The notes: a model not told the origin generated them from the sequence alone. 64,000 bases of DNA from Candidatus Omnitrophota bacterium (GCA_023248155.1 JAHFFE010000003.1:212159-276158), one strand, 5' to 3'. Numbered from the stretch's first letter, positions 8,415-18,900 are shown. A program made the numbers and translations.

Positions 8415-8588
8415 GGTTATTCGAGAGCCGCGAAGGGGTTTGCTGCCCGCACCGTGAAGAGCCCGAACGGCCATGGTGTCCCGCGTTCTTTAGCGGGACG
8501 AGTGAGGGCGATGCCCGGAGTGAGTCGAGCACGGTGGAGCGAGACGAACGATGCGGAAGCAACACCCCTTTGCGGCTCTCGAATAACC
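8415..8588. repeat. Palindromic MITE/REP-like element (family A) between convergent genes
   Basis: 24-bp terminal inverted repeats GGTTATTCGAGAGCCGCGAAGGGG / CCCCTTTGCGGCTCTCGAATAACC (1 mismatch), nested inner stems; right end recurs at 41002-41031. Confidence 0.85.
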
Positions 8589-8601
8589 GAAGTGCGGAGT
8601 T

Positions 8602-9003
8602 CTAGTGGACTTGCTCGACGACGAGCGGATAACGCAGTTTCAAATCGCCGTTCAACAACACTTCGACCGCGTATTCTCCGGGCTGCGGCAATTCCAGATG
8701 ATTGAAACGGGCGATCACAGAATGACGGGATTTCAACGTAGGCAATTCAAAAGCGGTTTCACGGTCGCGCGCCAGCTCCTGACCTGTCGGGTCAAGAATC
8801 CGGCTGTATTGCTGAAACGATCCTGCGCCGGAAATCCATCCATTCACGACAAACAGCGTCGGATGTGATGCCGGAAATTCGCGCGCACCGATTGTTTCAA
8901 ACAAACCGAGCAGGATAAACTTGCCGTTGTCTTCACGGCGGACATCGTCGCAAAGAACCGAATAGAGCAAGGACGGTTCAATCGAGGGCGGCGAGGCGGA
9001 CAT
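8602..9003 (-). CDS. DUF6941-like hypothetical protein
   Basis: LCDDVRREDNGKFILLGLF...PGEYAVEV pattern. Confidence 0.7.
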   Translation of the reverse strand: MSASPPSIEPSLLYSVLCDDVRREDNGKFILLGLFETIGAREFPASHPTLFVVNGWISGAGSFQQYSRILDPTGQELARDRETAFELPTLKSRHSVIARFNHLELPQPGEYAVEVLLNGDLKLRYPLVVEQVH

Positions 9004-9005
9004 GG

Positions 9006-9359
9006 TTAGGTTCCGGCAATCTTATCGAGCACGATCTCGATACGGGTCTTATCCTGCGGTGAAAGATTTGAGAACTCAATGCCGGTATCGAACGCCATCT
9101 TCTTGCCCAACTCACGGCGACGAACCACCCAAACAATCGTTCCCTTTACCTCAATAGGCGGCTTTCCGTCTTCCAGGTGAAGTTCCAAACCGGCTGGCGA
9201 GAAAATATCGAATTCCTGTTCGAGCATCAGGCAGACGCCGCCGAGCCCCAGATTTTCGGTAAGGGCGGGAATCGTTGAATATTTACCGCCCTGGCTCATC
9301 GAAACGGTACAGTGATAACCCACGCGCGGAAAACGCCTCTGATTCATTCCCTGCCACAC
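9006..9359 (-). CDS. Stand-alone PilZ domain protein
   Basis: QRRFPR, NLGLGG, GTIVWV, TGIEF; GTG start with AGGAGG RBS. Confidence 0.88.
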   Translation of the reverse strand: MWQGMNQRRFPRVGYHCTVSMSQGGKYSTIPALTENLGLGGVCLMLEQEFDIFSPAGLELHLEDGKPPIEVKGTIVWVVRRRELGKKMAFDTGIEFSNLSPQDKTRIEIVLDKIAGT

Positions 9360-9400
9360 GGGTCTGCCCTCCTTAGGTTGCTATTGATACCGGTCTCACT

Positions 9401-9458
9401 ATTCTATCGTAAACGAAACGGTAGTCAAATTGCATCGCCATAATAAACATGCTATGTT
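9401..9458. promoter_or_regulatory. Back-to-back sigma70-type promoters (PilZ on minus, exeA on plus)
   Basis: Minus TTGACT-16-TAGAAT (9428-9401); plus TTGCAT-17-TATGTT (9430-9458). Confidence 0.5.
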
Positions 9459-9471
9459 AAAAGCATCGGCC

Positions 9472-10353
9472 ATGTATGAAACCTTTTACGGATTCAGCGA
9501 AAAACCGTTCCATGTCACGGCGGATCCTTCTTTTCCCTATCCATCCCATCAGCATCAGGAAGCGCTGGCCCACTTAAAATACGGCGTCTTGCAGCGGCTG
9601 GGATTTATCCTGCTGACCGGTGAAATCGGAACCGGAAAAACAACGGTTGCAAAACGGCTGATGCAGGAACTTCCGCATCCGGTACGAACCGCGCTGATTC
9701 TTAATCCAATGCTCAACGCCACCCAGCTTCTGCGCGCGGTTCTGCGCGATTTACAAGCGACAGCCGATTTCCAGAATTCAACGGCCACATCCGTGCTTCC
9801 TTCCCAAAAAGGCGACCTGTTAATCGCCATAGAAAAACTCCTGTTGAAAGAAGCGCATGCCGGCGGAAATGTGGTGATCCTGATCGACGAAGCGCAAGAC
9901 CTCAGCGCTCCCGCGCTGGAACAGCTGCGCCTGCTATCCAACATCGAAACAACCAAAACAAAATTGCTTCAGATTATTCTCGTTGGACAGCCGGAACTGA
10001 CCCAGCGTCTCAACACCGATCCGCAACTCAGCGCGCTGCGGCAGAGGATCGCGATCCGTTACGAAATTCTTCCGCTGGACAGCTCGGAAGTCTCCGCTTA
10101 TATTCTGCATTGTTTGGAACGGGTTTGCCAAGCCGAGAGCCCCTGCTTTACTTCCGAGGCAATCAGCAGGATCACGGAATTTTCGCGCGGAAATCCCAGG
10201 CAAATCAATCTGCTGTGCGACCAGGCTCTGCTGGCCGGCTTCGTGCATGATTCTCGAACGATCGATGAATTGATGATTCAGCAGGCCGCCGTGATCGTCC
10301 GCGGAAACGGCCCCGCCGAAACCAACGAGGCGCCGCATGAGCTTAATCGCTGA
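9472..10353 (+). CDS. ExeA/GspA-family AAA ATPase without C-terminal peptidoglycan-binding domain
   Basis: MYETFYGFSEKPF start, GEIGTGKTT, IDEAQ, LVGQPEL, GNPRQINLLCD. Confidence 0.92.
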   Translation: MYETFYGFSEKPFHVTADPSFPYPSHQHQEALAHLKYGVLQRLGFILLTGEIGTGKTTVAKRLMQELPHPVRTALILNPMLNATQLLRAVLRDLQATADFQNSTATSVLPSQKGDLLIAIEKLLLKEAHAGGNVVILIDEAQDLSAPALEQLRLLSNIETTKTKLLQIILVGQPELTQRLNTDPQLSALRQRIAIRYEILPLDSSEVSAYILHCLERVCQAESPCFTSEAISRITEFSRGNPRQINLLCDQALLAGFVHDSRTIDELMIQQAAVIVRGNGPAETNEAPHELNR

Positions 10354-10852
10354 CGCACTCAAGAAAGCGGAAAAGCAGCAGCAATTCGGCTCTGCCGCCG
10401 CAGCAAGTGTTCCTCCGCCGCTGTCCCAAGGAAAACCACCGAAAAAAAATAATGGGCCCTGGCTATTATTGGTTTTAATCTTGATTTTAACGGCGGCCGC
10501 CGCTGCATTTGGGCTATGGACGCAAGCGCGCAAACCTTTACCCGCCGCTGTTCAGGCAACGATCATTCCGGAACCACCGCCGCCACCGGCAGAAAAACCG
10601 GTCGCGGTTGAATCGCCTGAGCCGATTGAAGAAATGCCGCCTGCCGAATTACCGCCGCAAAAACCGCCCGCGCCGGCGTTGTCGTTGACGGGAATCGTCC
10701 GGGGAACCTCTGCCAAAGATTCTCTCGCGCTGATCAACAACAAAACGCTGCGCGAAGGCGACCGCATTGAGGGGTTTACTGTTAGTTCAATCAGAGAAAA
10801 GGAAGTTGAGCTGCGGGACGAATCGGGTGAAGTTCGGCTTCTTTCTTACTGA
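10337..10852 (+). CDS. ExeB/GspB-like membrane protein
   Basis: MSLIADALKKAE start, TM helix, Pro-rich linker, ALINNKTLREGD..EGF; overlaps exeA. Confidence 0.85.
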   Translation: MSLIADALKKAEKQQQFGSAAAASVPPPLSQGKPPKKNNGPWLLLVLILILTAAAAAFGLWTQARKPLPAAVQATIIPEPPPPPAEKPVAVESPEPIEEMPPAELPPQKPPAPALSLTGIVRGTSAKDSLALINNKTLREGDRIEGFTVSSIREKEVELRDESGEVRLLSY

Positions 10853-11490
10853 AGGCGGACGAACGCGTCTTTAAAATCTTTGAAGCGGGAATCCCCTTCC
10901 AACCGGGCACGCGCCTGATCGGCCTCTTCCTGCGTTACAAAAGTTCCCATATAAACGCGGTAGCGGGGTTTTCCATCTTTGCGGGGAGCATCCAGCAGGA
11001 ACGGTTCATATCCCAGATTGGCAAGATAAACGACTGTTTGATCCGCCCGGTTCTTAATATCATAGACGGCCACCTGAACAGTGTACGGCGTAGGATCAGC
11101 GCCGATCATGGGTGGGGATGCTTGCAGTTTCTGAACGCCGAACAGATAACCGGCCGCTGCCAATAGCAGAAAGACGCCGAACAGATGGCTGACCCATCCC
11201 TGTTTTGAAGAAACGACTACCGCTTCGGTATTCGAAACGGTTTCCGGGCGGGTTTCAATCTTACGGATCTGTTTCTGTAAAATTTCTTTTTCTTCGCGCA
11301 AAGAGATTAATTCCGACCGCAGCTGTTTTAATTCGCCCGATAAAATCTCGGTGCCGGTCCATGTTGGTTCCGACGGCGCAGCCGGCATCGCCGGTTTTTT
11401 CTTTCCGGCAATTGATCCGTACAACCGGTCATGAATCTCAGATTCGGAAAGCGGGCGCGGAGCCTGTATGGGATTGTTTGACTTGTTCAT
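10846..11490 (-). CDS. SPOR domain membrane protein
   Basis: Coiled coil, TM helix, YTVQVA...YRVYMG.F....A...DAFV. Confidence 0.82.
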   Translation of the reverse strand: MNKSNNPIQAPRPLSESEIHDRLYGSIAGKKKPAMPAAPSEPTWTGTEILSGELKQLRSELISLREEKEILQKQIRKIETRPETVSNTEAVVVSSKQGWVSHLFGVFLLLAAAGYLFGVQKLQASPPMIGADPTPYTVQVAVYDIKNRADQTVVYLANLGYEPFLLDAPRKDGKPRYRVYMGTFVTQEEADQARARLEGDSRFKDFKDAFVRLQ

Positions 11491-11945
11491 GTAATCTTTA
11501 GCACGTAACGGACCAGCGTGACACCGCCCAAACTCCATTCGCCTTCCGGCTGAAACCCTTTTAACTGGCAGAGCTGAATCGCTTTTTCCATGCCGGCCGA
11601 TGTGCGGATAATCACCTGCTTAAAACCGCGCTTCTTGCAAAAAACCAGCGCGGCATCGAGCAATGATGTTCCGATTCCCTTGCCGCGAATGGCCGGATCA
11701 ACAAAAAAGCGGCGCAGGATCGCGGTCTTCGCATCTTCGGCTTTCACGCCGCAGGTACCGACAATTTTATTCTGATCTTCAGCAACCATGAAAATGCTGG
11801 CGGGGCCCTGATACGACTGTGTCAGGCTTTGTAAATCTTCGGTGGAATACGCTACTTGGTCTTTCGGGAACTCGCTGGTGAGAATTCGAGTGATCAACTG
11901 TGTGATCTCTGCTGTATCAGAAGGTTGGCTGGTCCGAATATTCAC
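11487..11945 (-). CDS. GNAT family N-acetyltransferase
   Basis: LRRFFVDPAIRGKGIG motif A; AIQLC..GF. Confidence 0.9.
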   Translation of the reverse strand: MNIRTSQPSDTAEITQLITRILTSEFPKDQVAYSTEDLQSLTQSYQGPASIFMVAEDQNKIVGTCGVKAEDAKTAILRRFFVDPAIRGKGIGTSLLDAALVFCKKRGFKQVIIRTSAGMEKAIQLCQLKGFQPEGEWSLGGVTLVRYVLKIT

Positions 11946-12009
11946 TGATAAAAATCCGATGTCCTTGAATGCATGTATATTAACGCAAACGGCGATAAAC
12001 TGTCAAACG

Positions 12010-12741
12010 CTAAGAAGGGGGCCCTAGGACATGCTCCAAAGCGGCCTTAGCGGCCTCCTGACTGGCCACTTTCTTGCTGGGACCATTGCCCTGCCCGTAG
12101 ATCTTTCCACCCCATCCAACAGAGACAACAAACCGGCGCCCATGGCCTGGACCCGATTCACCAACCAGATGATAAGACGGACTGGCCTTGAAATAGCGCA
12201 GCACATACTCCTGCAGCAGCGACTTGTAATCGGTTGAAGTGGTTCCGGCCTCGACTTCTGTGATTTGATCGCGTAAAAGCCGGCGGATTAATTTCGCGGC
12301 CGGTTCCAACCCCCTGTCGAGAAAAATGGCGCCCAGCACCGCTTCGAGAGCGGAGCCGATCACCGACGGCCGCTGCGCTTCACCGCGCGAAGCTTCCCCC
12401 TGGCCTACTAAAATCCAACGGTCCAGATTCATTTTCAGCGCGATCTCGCCCAACGTCACGCGGCTGACCACCTGCGATTTGACTTTGGCCAGATCGCCCA
12501 CTTCCGAATCCGGATAAAGTCTGTAGAGTTGTTCGGCCACAACCAGTCCGATCACGGAATCGCCGAGAAATTCCAGCGTTTCATTGTCGCCGGAGGGAAC
12601 TTCATCTTTCTGGCTCTGCCGGTAAGAACGATGGATCAGCGCCTGATGCAGCAGCGCCAGTTTCCGGAAACGGACGCCCAGCACCCGCTCCAATTGGTGC
12701 AGTTGCGCAACCCGTTTCTTATCCAGAGTGGAAACCGTCAA
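12010..12741 (-). CDS. rnc: Ribonuclease III (start uncertain)
   Basis: ALIHRS, NETLEFLGD, EAVLGAIFLD, dsRBD DYKSLLQE...GPSKK.ASQEAA. Confidence 0.95.
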   Translation of the reverse strand: MTVSTLDKKRVAQLHQLERVLGVRFRKLALLHQALIHRSYRQSQKDEVPSGDNETLEFLGDSVIGLVVAEQLYRLYPDSEVGDLAKVKSQVVSRVTLGEIALKMNLDRWILVGQGEASRGEAQRPSVIGSALEAVLGAIFLDRGLEPAAKLIRRLLRDQITEVEAGTTSTDYKSLLQEYVLRYFKASPSYHLVGESGPGHGRRFVVSVGWGGKIYGQGNGPSKKVASQEAAKAALEHVLGPPS

Positions 12742-12752
12742 AAAGAAAATGG

Positions 12753-13856
12753 CTACTCCTCCCAATAAGTCCGGATTGCGGCGCGAATAACCGGTTCGGG
12801 AATTCCTTCGCGAACCGTGCAGCGGCCGATACCGGTCGGAAGCACCCACCGGTTGCGGGAGCGGACCCATTTTTTATCGTGCGCCATCGCATTCCAGACC
12901 CGGTCCCATTGAACGCCGCGAATATGCGCCGGCAGACCAAAGCGGTTGATCAAGCTGTTGATCCGGTCCGCGTCCTGTTTTGAGATCACCTTCATGCGCC
13001 GCGCGATCTCCGAAGCAACGCGCATTCCCAAAGCGACCGCTTCGCCATGAGCAAATCCGGTATAACCGCCGGCGGCCTCGACGGCATGCCCCACCGTATG
13101 ACCAAAATTTAAAATCGTGCGGATGCCCTTTTTCTCGTGCTCGTCCTGCTCTATCGTTTTCGCTTTCACGGCCGCAGCGCGCGCAATAACCCAGGCCATT
13201 GCTTTTTCGTCGGCACGCAGCGATACGATGGTTTCCTGTTCCAGGCGGTCAAATAAAACGGAATCGCGGATCACGCCGCATTTGATAATTTCGGCCATCC
13301 CGGAACGAACCTGGCGGTCCGGCAGCGTACGCAAAAAAGAGATCTCTTCAAAAACCAGCCGCGGCTGATAAAACAAACCAACCAGATTTTTTCCCTGCGG
13401 AAGATCGACGGCCGTTTTTCCGCCGATCGATGAATCGACCTGTGCCAGCAACGTGGTGGGCAGCTGCACGCATGGAATACCGCGGCGATAAAGACCGGCC
13501 GCAACGCCGCCCAGATCACCAATGACTCCGCCTCCCAGCAGCACCAGAAAAAGACAGCGGCCCGGTTTTTGCAATCGGGCAAGTTCCGTCAGCAGCTTTC
13601 CTAAAACGGCAAGACTCTTGCTTCGTTCCGAATCGGGCACCGTCAGCGGATGAACGGCAAATCCCGCTTTCTTTAACGAAGCAGTCACCGGTTTCCCGTG
13701 CGCCCGGAAAACCGTGCGGTTGCTCAGCAAAACCGCGTCAGTCCCGATATCCAGAGAACGGATACGGGAACCGAGCGAAGATAAATGCTCCGAACCGATT
13801 ACGATTTCGTAAGAGCGAGTTCCCAAATAAACCGGAATTTCCTGAATGAGCCCCAT
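12753..13856 (-). CDS. aroB: 3-dehydroquinate synthase
   Basis: GGGVIGDLGG, PTTLLAQVDSSIGGKT, LNFGHTVGHA, HGEAV. Confidence 0.97.
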   Translation of the reverse strand: MGLIQEIPVYLGTRSYEIVIGSEHLSSLGSRIRSLDIGTDAVLLSNRTVFRAHGKPVTASLKKAGFAVHPLTVPDSERSKSLAVLGKLLTELARLQKPGRCLFLVLLGGGVIGDLGGVAAGLYRRGIPCVQLPTTLLAQVDSSIGGKTAVDLPQGKNLVGLFYQPRLVFEEISFLRTLPDRQVRSGMAEIIKCGVIRDSVLFDRLEQETIVSLRADEKAMAWVIARAAAVKAKTIEQDEHEKKGIRTILNFGHTVGHAVEAAGGYTGFAHGEAVALGMRVASEIARRMKVISKQDADRINSLINRFGLPAHIRGVQWDRVWNAMAHDKKWVRSRNRWVLPTGIGRCTVREGIPEPVIRAAIRTYWEE

Positions 13857-13859
13857 CGT

Positions 13860-14450
13860 TTATAACCTCAACCAGTTTGCCAGTATTTCAACTACCGGCC
13901 AGATCAGCCGATCGGTCACGCCCAGCCAGAGCAATCCAATCACCAGCACAATTCCCCATCGTTCCAAAAAAATGAGCACCGCAGACCAGCGCTCCGGCAA
14001 TAACCCGGCCAGCACGCGCGACCCATCCAGCGGAGGAACCGGCAGCAGGTTAAACACGCCCAGCGCCAGACTGAGTACCGCGCCGGTACGCAGCAGCTCT
14101 AAAACCAGCGGCGGCAGCACCGGATTGAGACCATGGACAACAACGGCCACAACGATTGCCAGCAAAAAATTGGAGACAGGCCCTGCAGCGCCGACTAAAA
14201 TCATATCGCGCCGGGGTGACCGGAATTTCCATGGACTGATCGGAACCGGCTTGGCCCACCCAAATACAAACGGCGCATTGAGAAATAACAATAACAACGG
14301 CAGAAAAACCATGCCGGTCCAATCCATATGCTTCAACGGATTTAACGTTAACCGGCCGGCCTGCGAGGCGGTATCATCACCGCACCAGAGCGCCACCACG
14401 CCATGGCTGAGTTCATGCAACACGACAGCCGCCATGAATAACGGAAACAA
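13860..14450 (-). CDS. Site-2 protease (M50) family membrane protease (start may lie slightly upstream)
   Basis: HELSH, AGPVSN, FNLLPVPPLDG. Confidence 0.93.
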   Translation of the reverse strand: MFPLFMAAVVLHELSHGVVALWCGDDTASQAGRLTLNPLKHMDWTGMVFLPLLLLFLNAPFVFGWAKPVPISPWKFRSPRRDMILVGAAGPVSNFLLAIVVAVVVHGLNPVLPPLVLELLRTGAVLSLALGVFNLLPVPPLDGSRVLAGLLPERWSAVLIFLERWGIVLVIGLLWLGVTDRLIWPVVEILANWLRL

Positions 14451-14479
14451 CAGCGCGAACGAAACAACCGATTCGGTAT

Positions 14480-14860
14480 TCAGCGGACAGTAGCTCCCGG
14501 ACCGATCGGACTCTCGGGCGAAACCAGCGTCAACGCGCCCTGCCCGTCGCTGGCGGCCAGGATCATGCCGTTCGATGGTTCACCGCGCAACAACGCGGGT
14601 GCGAGGTTATCAACGATCACGACTTTTTTTCCGACCAACTGGTCCGGCGTATAATGCCGAGCGATGCCGGCGATGATCTGTTTCTTCTCGGTGCCGGTAT
14701 CGACTTGAAGCACCAGCAGTTTATCGGCGTTGGGATGCAGCTTGGCTTCAACCACAACCGCCACTTTTAGCTGAATTCTTGAGAAATCGTGAATCGAAAT
14801 TTTCTCGCTCACAGCTTCAGGGGCCGCCGGAGGCGGTTGCGGAGTTTGTTCGCTACTCAT
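14480..14860 (-). CDS. tRNA-binding OB-fold protein (MetRS C-terminal/Trbp111/CsaA-like)
   Basis: HPNADKLL, QIIAGI, NLAPA.LRG..SNGMILA. Confidence 0.9.
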   Translation of the reverse strand: MSSEQTPQPPPAAPEAVSEKISIHDFSRIQLKVAVVVEAKLHPNADKLLVLQVDTGTEKKQIIAGIARHYTPDQLVGKKVVIVDNLAPALLRGEPSNGMILAASDGQGALTLVSPESPIGPGATVR

Positions 14861-14896
14861 GACGAAATCGATTCCTCCAATGGGCTAAAATGGTTT

Positions 14897-14928
14897 TGGG
14901 CGGAAGAGACGACTCGCTCTTCCGCCCA
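14897..14928 (-). terminator. GC-rich hairpin downstream of the small basic protein gene
   Basis: TGGGCGGAAGAG / CTCTTCCGCCCA perfect 12-bp stem; weak U tail. Confidence 0.5.
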
Positions 14929-14950
14929 TCCCGCAATGAACTGATGCAGA

Positions 14951-15247
14951 CTACTTCTTGGGTTTGGCAGCGTTACCCGCCGGAGCTGCCGCCGTTTTGG
15001 CTGCACCCGCCGCCGGAGCCGCAGCTCCCGGCTTGGCTTCAGTACCGGCCGCGTCTGTCGTGGCCGCCGCTTTTTCCTTGCGCACTTTCACCTTCAGATG
15101 CCGCACTTTGGGCATACCTATTACGGAACCGGACGTTAAGTCGAGTTTGCCCTTCTCCTGAAGAACCTGAACGCGCTCAAGACGCGACAGCACCGACCGG
15201 TGCCGTTTCATGGTATTGGATGATTTTAAACTCGGATGAATCGACAT
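14951..15247 (-). CDS. PVC-superphylum signature small basic protein (TIGR04137-like)
   Basis: MSIHPSLK...RHRSVLSRLER...GMPKVR followed by an Ala/Lys-rich tail. Confidence 0.85.
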   Translation of the reverse strand: MSIHPSLKSSNTMKRHRSVLSRLERVQVLQEKGKLDLTSGSVIGMPKVRHLKVKVRKEKAAATTDAAGTEAKPGAAAPAAGAAKTAAAPAGNAAKPKK

Positions 15248-15265
15248 CGAAATCCTCTCTTTTGT

Positions 15266-15865
15266 TTATGAAACCGACGGTTGCTTGATAAACGCGTCGC
15301 GGTAAATTTTTTTAAGCGTCAGCAACGCTTTTTCCGCATCAATGCGGGACGCAAAACCGACGGCACGAAGCTCAAAATATTTGTTCTGCTTCACCACCAG
15401 CGCCTGCACTCCCTTTCGCTGCAGCCGCTGTACTTCCGACTGGGCCGACTGATTGCCCGCGTAACTGGCCAATTGAATCGCATAAGTATTTTTGCCCTTC
15501 TGACCGGCCGCTGACGGAGCCGGTACAACCGCCGGCGCCGGAATCACCGGCGCGGGACGGCGCATTTGAACATCGGCCGCGGCGATAACGCCCTCTGAAA
15601 GATCCGCAGACTGTTCGACGACAGCCGGCCGCGCGGCAACCGGACTGGAAACGGAAACTGCCGCAGAAGATCTCCCGTCGATCTGCTTGCCTCTTTCCAC
15701 GCCCAAACAAAAAGAAGCCAAAACAACCAGCATCAAACCGAGCAGACCGAACACAATATCTTCATAAGCAACTTTTAAATGAAGAAAACGGCCGGCAAAA
15801 GTCGGGAAATGAAATGCCTTCTGTTTCTCAGATTGTAAATCAACGAAAAGTTCGGACTGCATCAT
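15266..15865 (-). CDS. SPOR domain membrane protein
   Basis: TM helix ending LGVERGK; YAIQLASY...YRDAFIK; upstream TTGTCT-17-TAAAAT promoter (15903-15875). Confidence 0.85.
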   Translation of the reverse strand: MMQSELFVDLQSEKQKAFHFPTFAGRFLHLKVAYEDIVFGLLGLMLVVLASFCLGVERGKQIDGRSSAAVSVSSPVAARPAVVEQSADLSEGVIAAADVQMRRPAPVIPAPAVVPAPSAAGQKGKNTYAIQLASYAGNQSAQSEVQRLQRKGVQALVVKQNKYFELRAVGFASRIDAEKALLTLKKIYRDAFIKQPSVS

Positions 15866-15922
15866 GGCAGATTTATTTTAACACAGGCCCCTACGGCAGA
15901 CAACAATAAGTAGGCGTTCTAT

Positions 15923-18900
15923 TTACGCTTTGGAAGCCGGGCACAATGTCCGAAAATCGCACCATTTGCATTTGATGGCTGACGGTATCGGATCAAAATT
16001 CCCGCTGCGAATCAACTGCGTCAATTCAAAAACCCGCTCGCGCGTTGCGTCCAGATCTTCGGCCTGCTGAGGGAACGACAGCGCCGTTTGATCCCGCAAA
16101 TAATAAAAAGTCGCCTGCTTCGGATCGAGTCCGAACAAATCGCGCGCGGCCAGCGCATACAGCCGGATTTGCAGCTGTCCTTCGCTGGTGGCACCTTCCT
16201 TCGGCTTGCCCGATTTATAATCGATAATTTCAACACCGCCGCCCGGCAGCGGATCGATCCGGTCAATAAAACCATGCACCGCCACTTCCCCGATTTTTAA
16301 TGTGAACTCTTTTTCCAGAAACAGAGGCGTGGTCCAGTTTTTTTCATGCTTCCGGTAATAGGCCTGCAAAATTTCATCGCCCAGTTTTTTATACTGCGCG
16401 TCGACATACGCTTCGCCGTAGCGCCCCGTCTCATACAATTTTTCATAATGCGCGGCCAGTTCTTCCCGCGGCGGCGTGTTTCCCTCGATTCTTTGCTGGT
16501 AGAACCATTCCAGCGCGTCATGCAAATCGGTTCCGAACAACATGTACGGCGCGCTTTTAACCGGGATCCGGTAGACATAAGCGTAAAGATATTTCAACGG
16601 GCAATAGCGGTAGGTCTCCATCTGAGAAAAGCTGAGCCGCTCCGGCAGCGGGACCGGTTTCTTTACCGGCAGTTCCGGCGAAAGAACCGGCTCCACCGAT
16701 TTGGCAAACAGTTCAATCTGTCCGATCAACTGCTGCCGGTCCTTTATCTGCGCCGGACCGGTCTGACGCAGCTGATCCAACAGATCGAGCCATTCCCTCT
16801 CCTGCACCAGCAAGGTCCGTTCGGGATTCGATTCCAGAATCGTTGTTTCGGAGGGAGCGGCCGGTTCGGAAGCACGGAATTCTTTCCACTCTTCGGCAGC
16901 GGCACCTGCGGCCATTTCACGTAAAAAAACAGACGGGCGGTACCGGGACCGGTCCTGTGTCAGCAAAACCAGCTGCCGCTGCGCGCGCGTGCAGGCGACG
17001 TAACACAGCCGGCGTTCTTCCTGCAGATGATAATCGCCCTTCGGAAGGGATTCCTTCATTAAATCGAGCGGAAACGGAATCGCCTCCGACCGGGCCCGGC
17101 CCGGAAACCGGTTCTGCACCATGCCGAGCAAAATCACCTGATCAAATTCAAGACCCTTGGCCTGATGAACCGTCATCAAACGGACACCGTCCTGGCGCGC
17201 ATCATCCGATTCCTCATCGGAGCCGAGATCCGATGACGGCGCCTTCTCCAGACAATCCAGGTAGACCAGAAAATCGGGCAGCCGCGCCGCTTTCGGATAG
17301 GTCTGCACAAAACGCGATACCAGCCGCAAAAAACGGCCCAGCAGCATCCAGGGATTTCCCTGCTCCGTCGGAGGAAGCCGGAAAATCACTTTCAGGAAAC
17401 TCTCAGAGACAATGTGATTGACCAGCAGATCAATTTCCATGCGCGCGGCGCAGTCGCGCAGCTGTGAAATTTCTTCAAGCAGCTGCCGCACCGGCTGAAC
17501 CGCTTCCGCGGAAATCAACCCGCCGGGGATTGTTTTCAACAGCGGATAAATTTGCATTTTCCGTTCGCGCGCGAGCCGCGTGATCGCCAGAAGATCTTCC
17601 GCCGCGATGCCCCAGACCGGATGCGCCAGTAACCGGAACAAACTGACCGAATCGTCCGGATTGTCGACCACGCGCAGCAGCGCCGTTAAATCGCGGATCT
17701 GCGGCTGTTCCATCAGATCAAATCCGCCGCGCACCGAGAACGGGATGCCCTCGCGGCGAAGCCGCTGCAGCAACTTGTCGCGATGCGCATGCGCCCGGTA
17801 CAGCACGGCGGTCCGGTCCCAGCGGCGTTCCGCTTCCGGCTGAGACTGATACCGCTGGCGGATAATCCGCAGCGCCGTTTCCGTCTCGTGCAGATCGTCG
17901 AGGCAGTATTCCACCTGAACCGGAATCATTTCCTTGTTGTCGGTCCACAACTTTTTCTGGGGATCATAACGGTCCGGTTCGTTGTGCCGGATCAGCCGTT
18001 CCGATGCGGCCAGAATCGCCGGGCCGGAGCGGTAATTTTGCGTCAGGCGAACCGTCGCCAACGATGGAAAAGCCTCTTTCATCAGCAAAAAACTGGAGAA
18101 CGACGCGCCGCGGAACCGGTAAATCGCCTGATCATCGTCTCCGACGACGCAGAGGTCGGCCTGCGGCCCGGCCACCAATTTCAACAATTCAATCTGGGCA
18201 ACGTTCGTATCCTGAAATTCATCCACCAGGATCAGGCGAAACCGCTGCCGCATCTGCTGCAGCAGCGCGGGCCGCTCTTTCAGCGCGCGAATCGTTTCAA
18301 CAATCAGATCGCCAAAATCCAGAAAACCGGCCTCATGCATCCGCTGCTGGTAAATCCGGTAAGCGCGCGCGATCTCTTCGGCCTCGGAACGATCGCGCGA
18401 ATCCTGCTCCTGCTTGGACCGGGCCAGTAACTCCGCCGGGAAAACCAGCTCGTCTTTCGCGCGGCTGATAAAACGGAGAAACCCGTCGATTGATGCGGTG
18501 GGATCGGTTAAATTCCAGAAATGCTTCAGCTTTAATTCCGGCAGCAGCGAACGGAAGAAAATCCAGGCCTCGGTCGAATCAAGCAGGCGGAACCGCGCCG
18601 GAAGCCCCAGGCGGATGGCATGATCCTGCAAAAATGAATGGCAGAATCCGTGAAACGTGAAAAACTGAATCGATTCAGCGGCGGTATCGCAGAGCTGATC
18701 GACGCGCTGGCGCATCTCCTCGGCGGCCCTGCGCGAAAACGTAACGGCCAGAATCTGCCCGGGCTGCAGCTGCGGATCGGATGCCAGACGATAGGCAATG
18801 CGGTGCGCGATGACGCGCGTTTTTCCGGTCCCGGCGCCCGCCAAAATCAAGAGCGGCCCGGCCGGCGCGCAGACAGCGGCCTGCTGTTCAGGATTCAGGC

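Noticed and set aside
8454-8705. 83-aa ORF, and small ORFs at 40693-41098
   Set aside because: They lie within palindromic repeat elements and show no transposase or other motifs
12742-12870. Long N-terminal extensions in the ORF track (rnc, thiE, aroQ, infA, XRE)
   Set aside because: Artefacts of longest-ORF calling that overlap upstream genes; downstream starts fit family lengths
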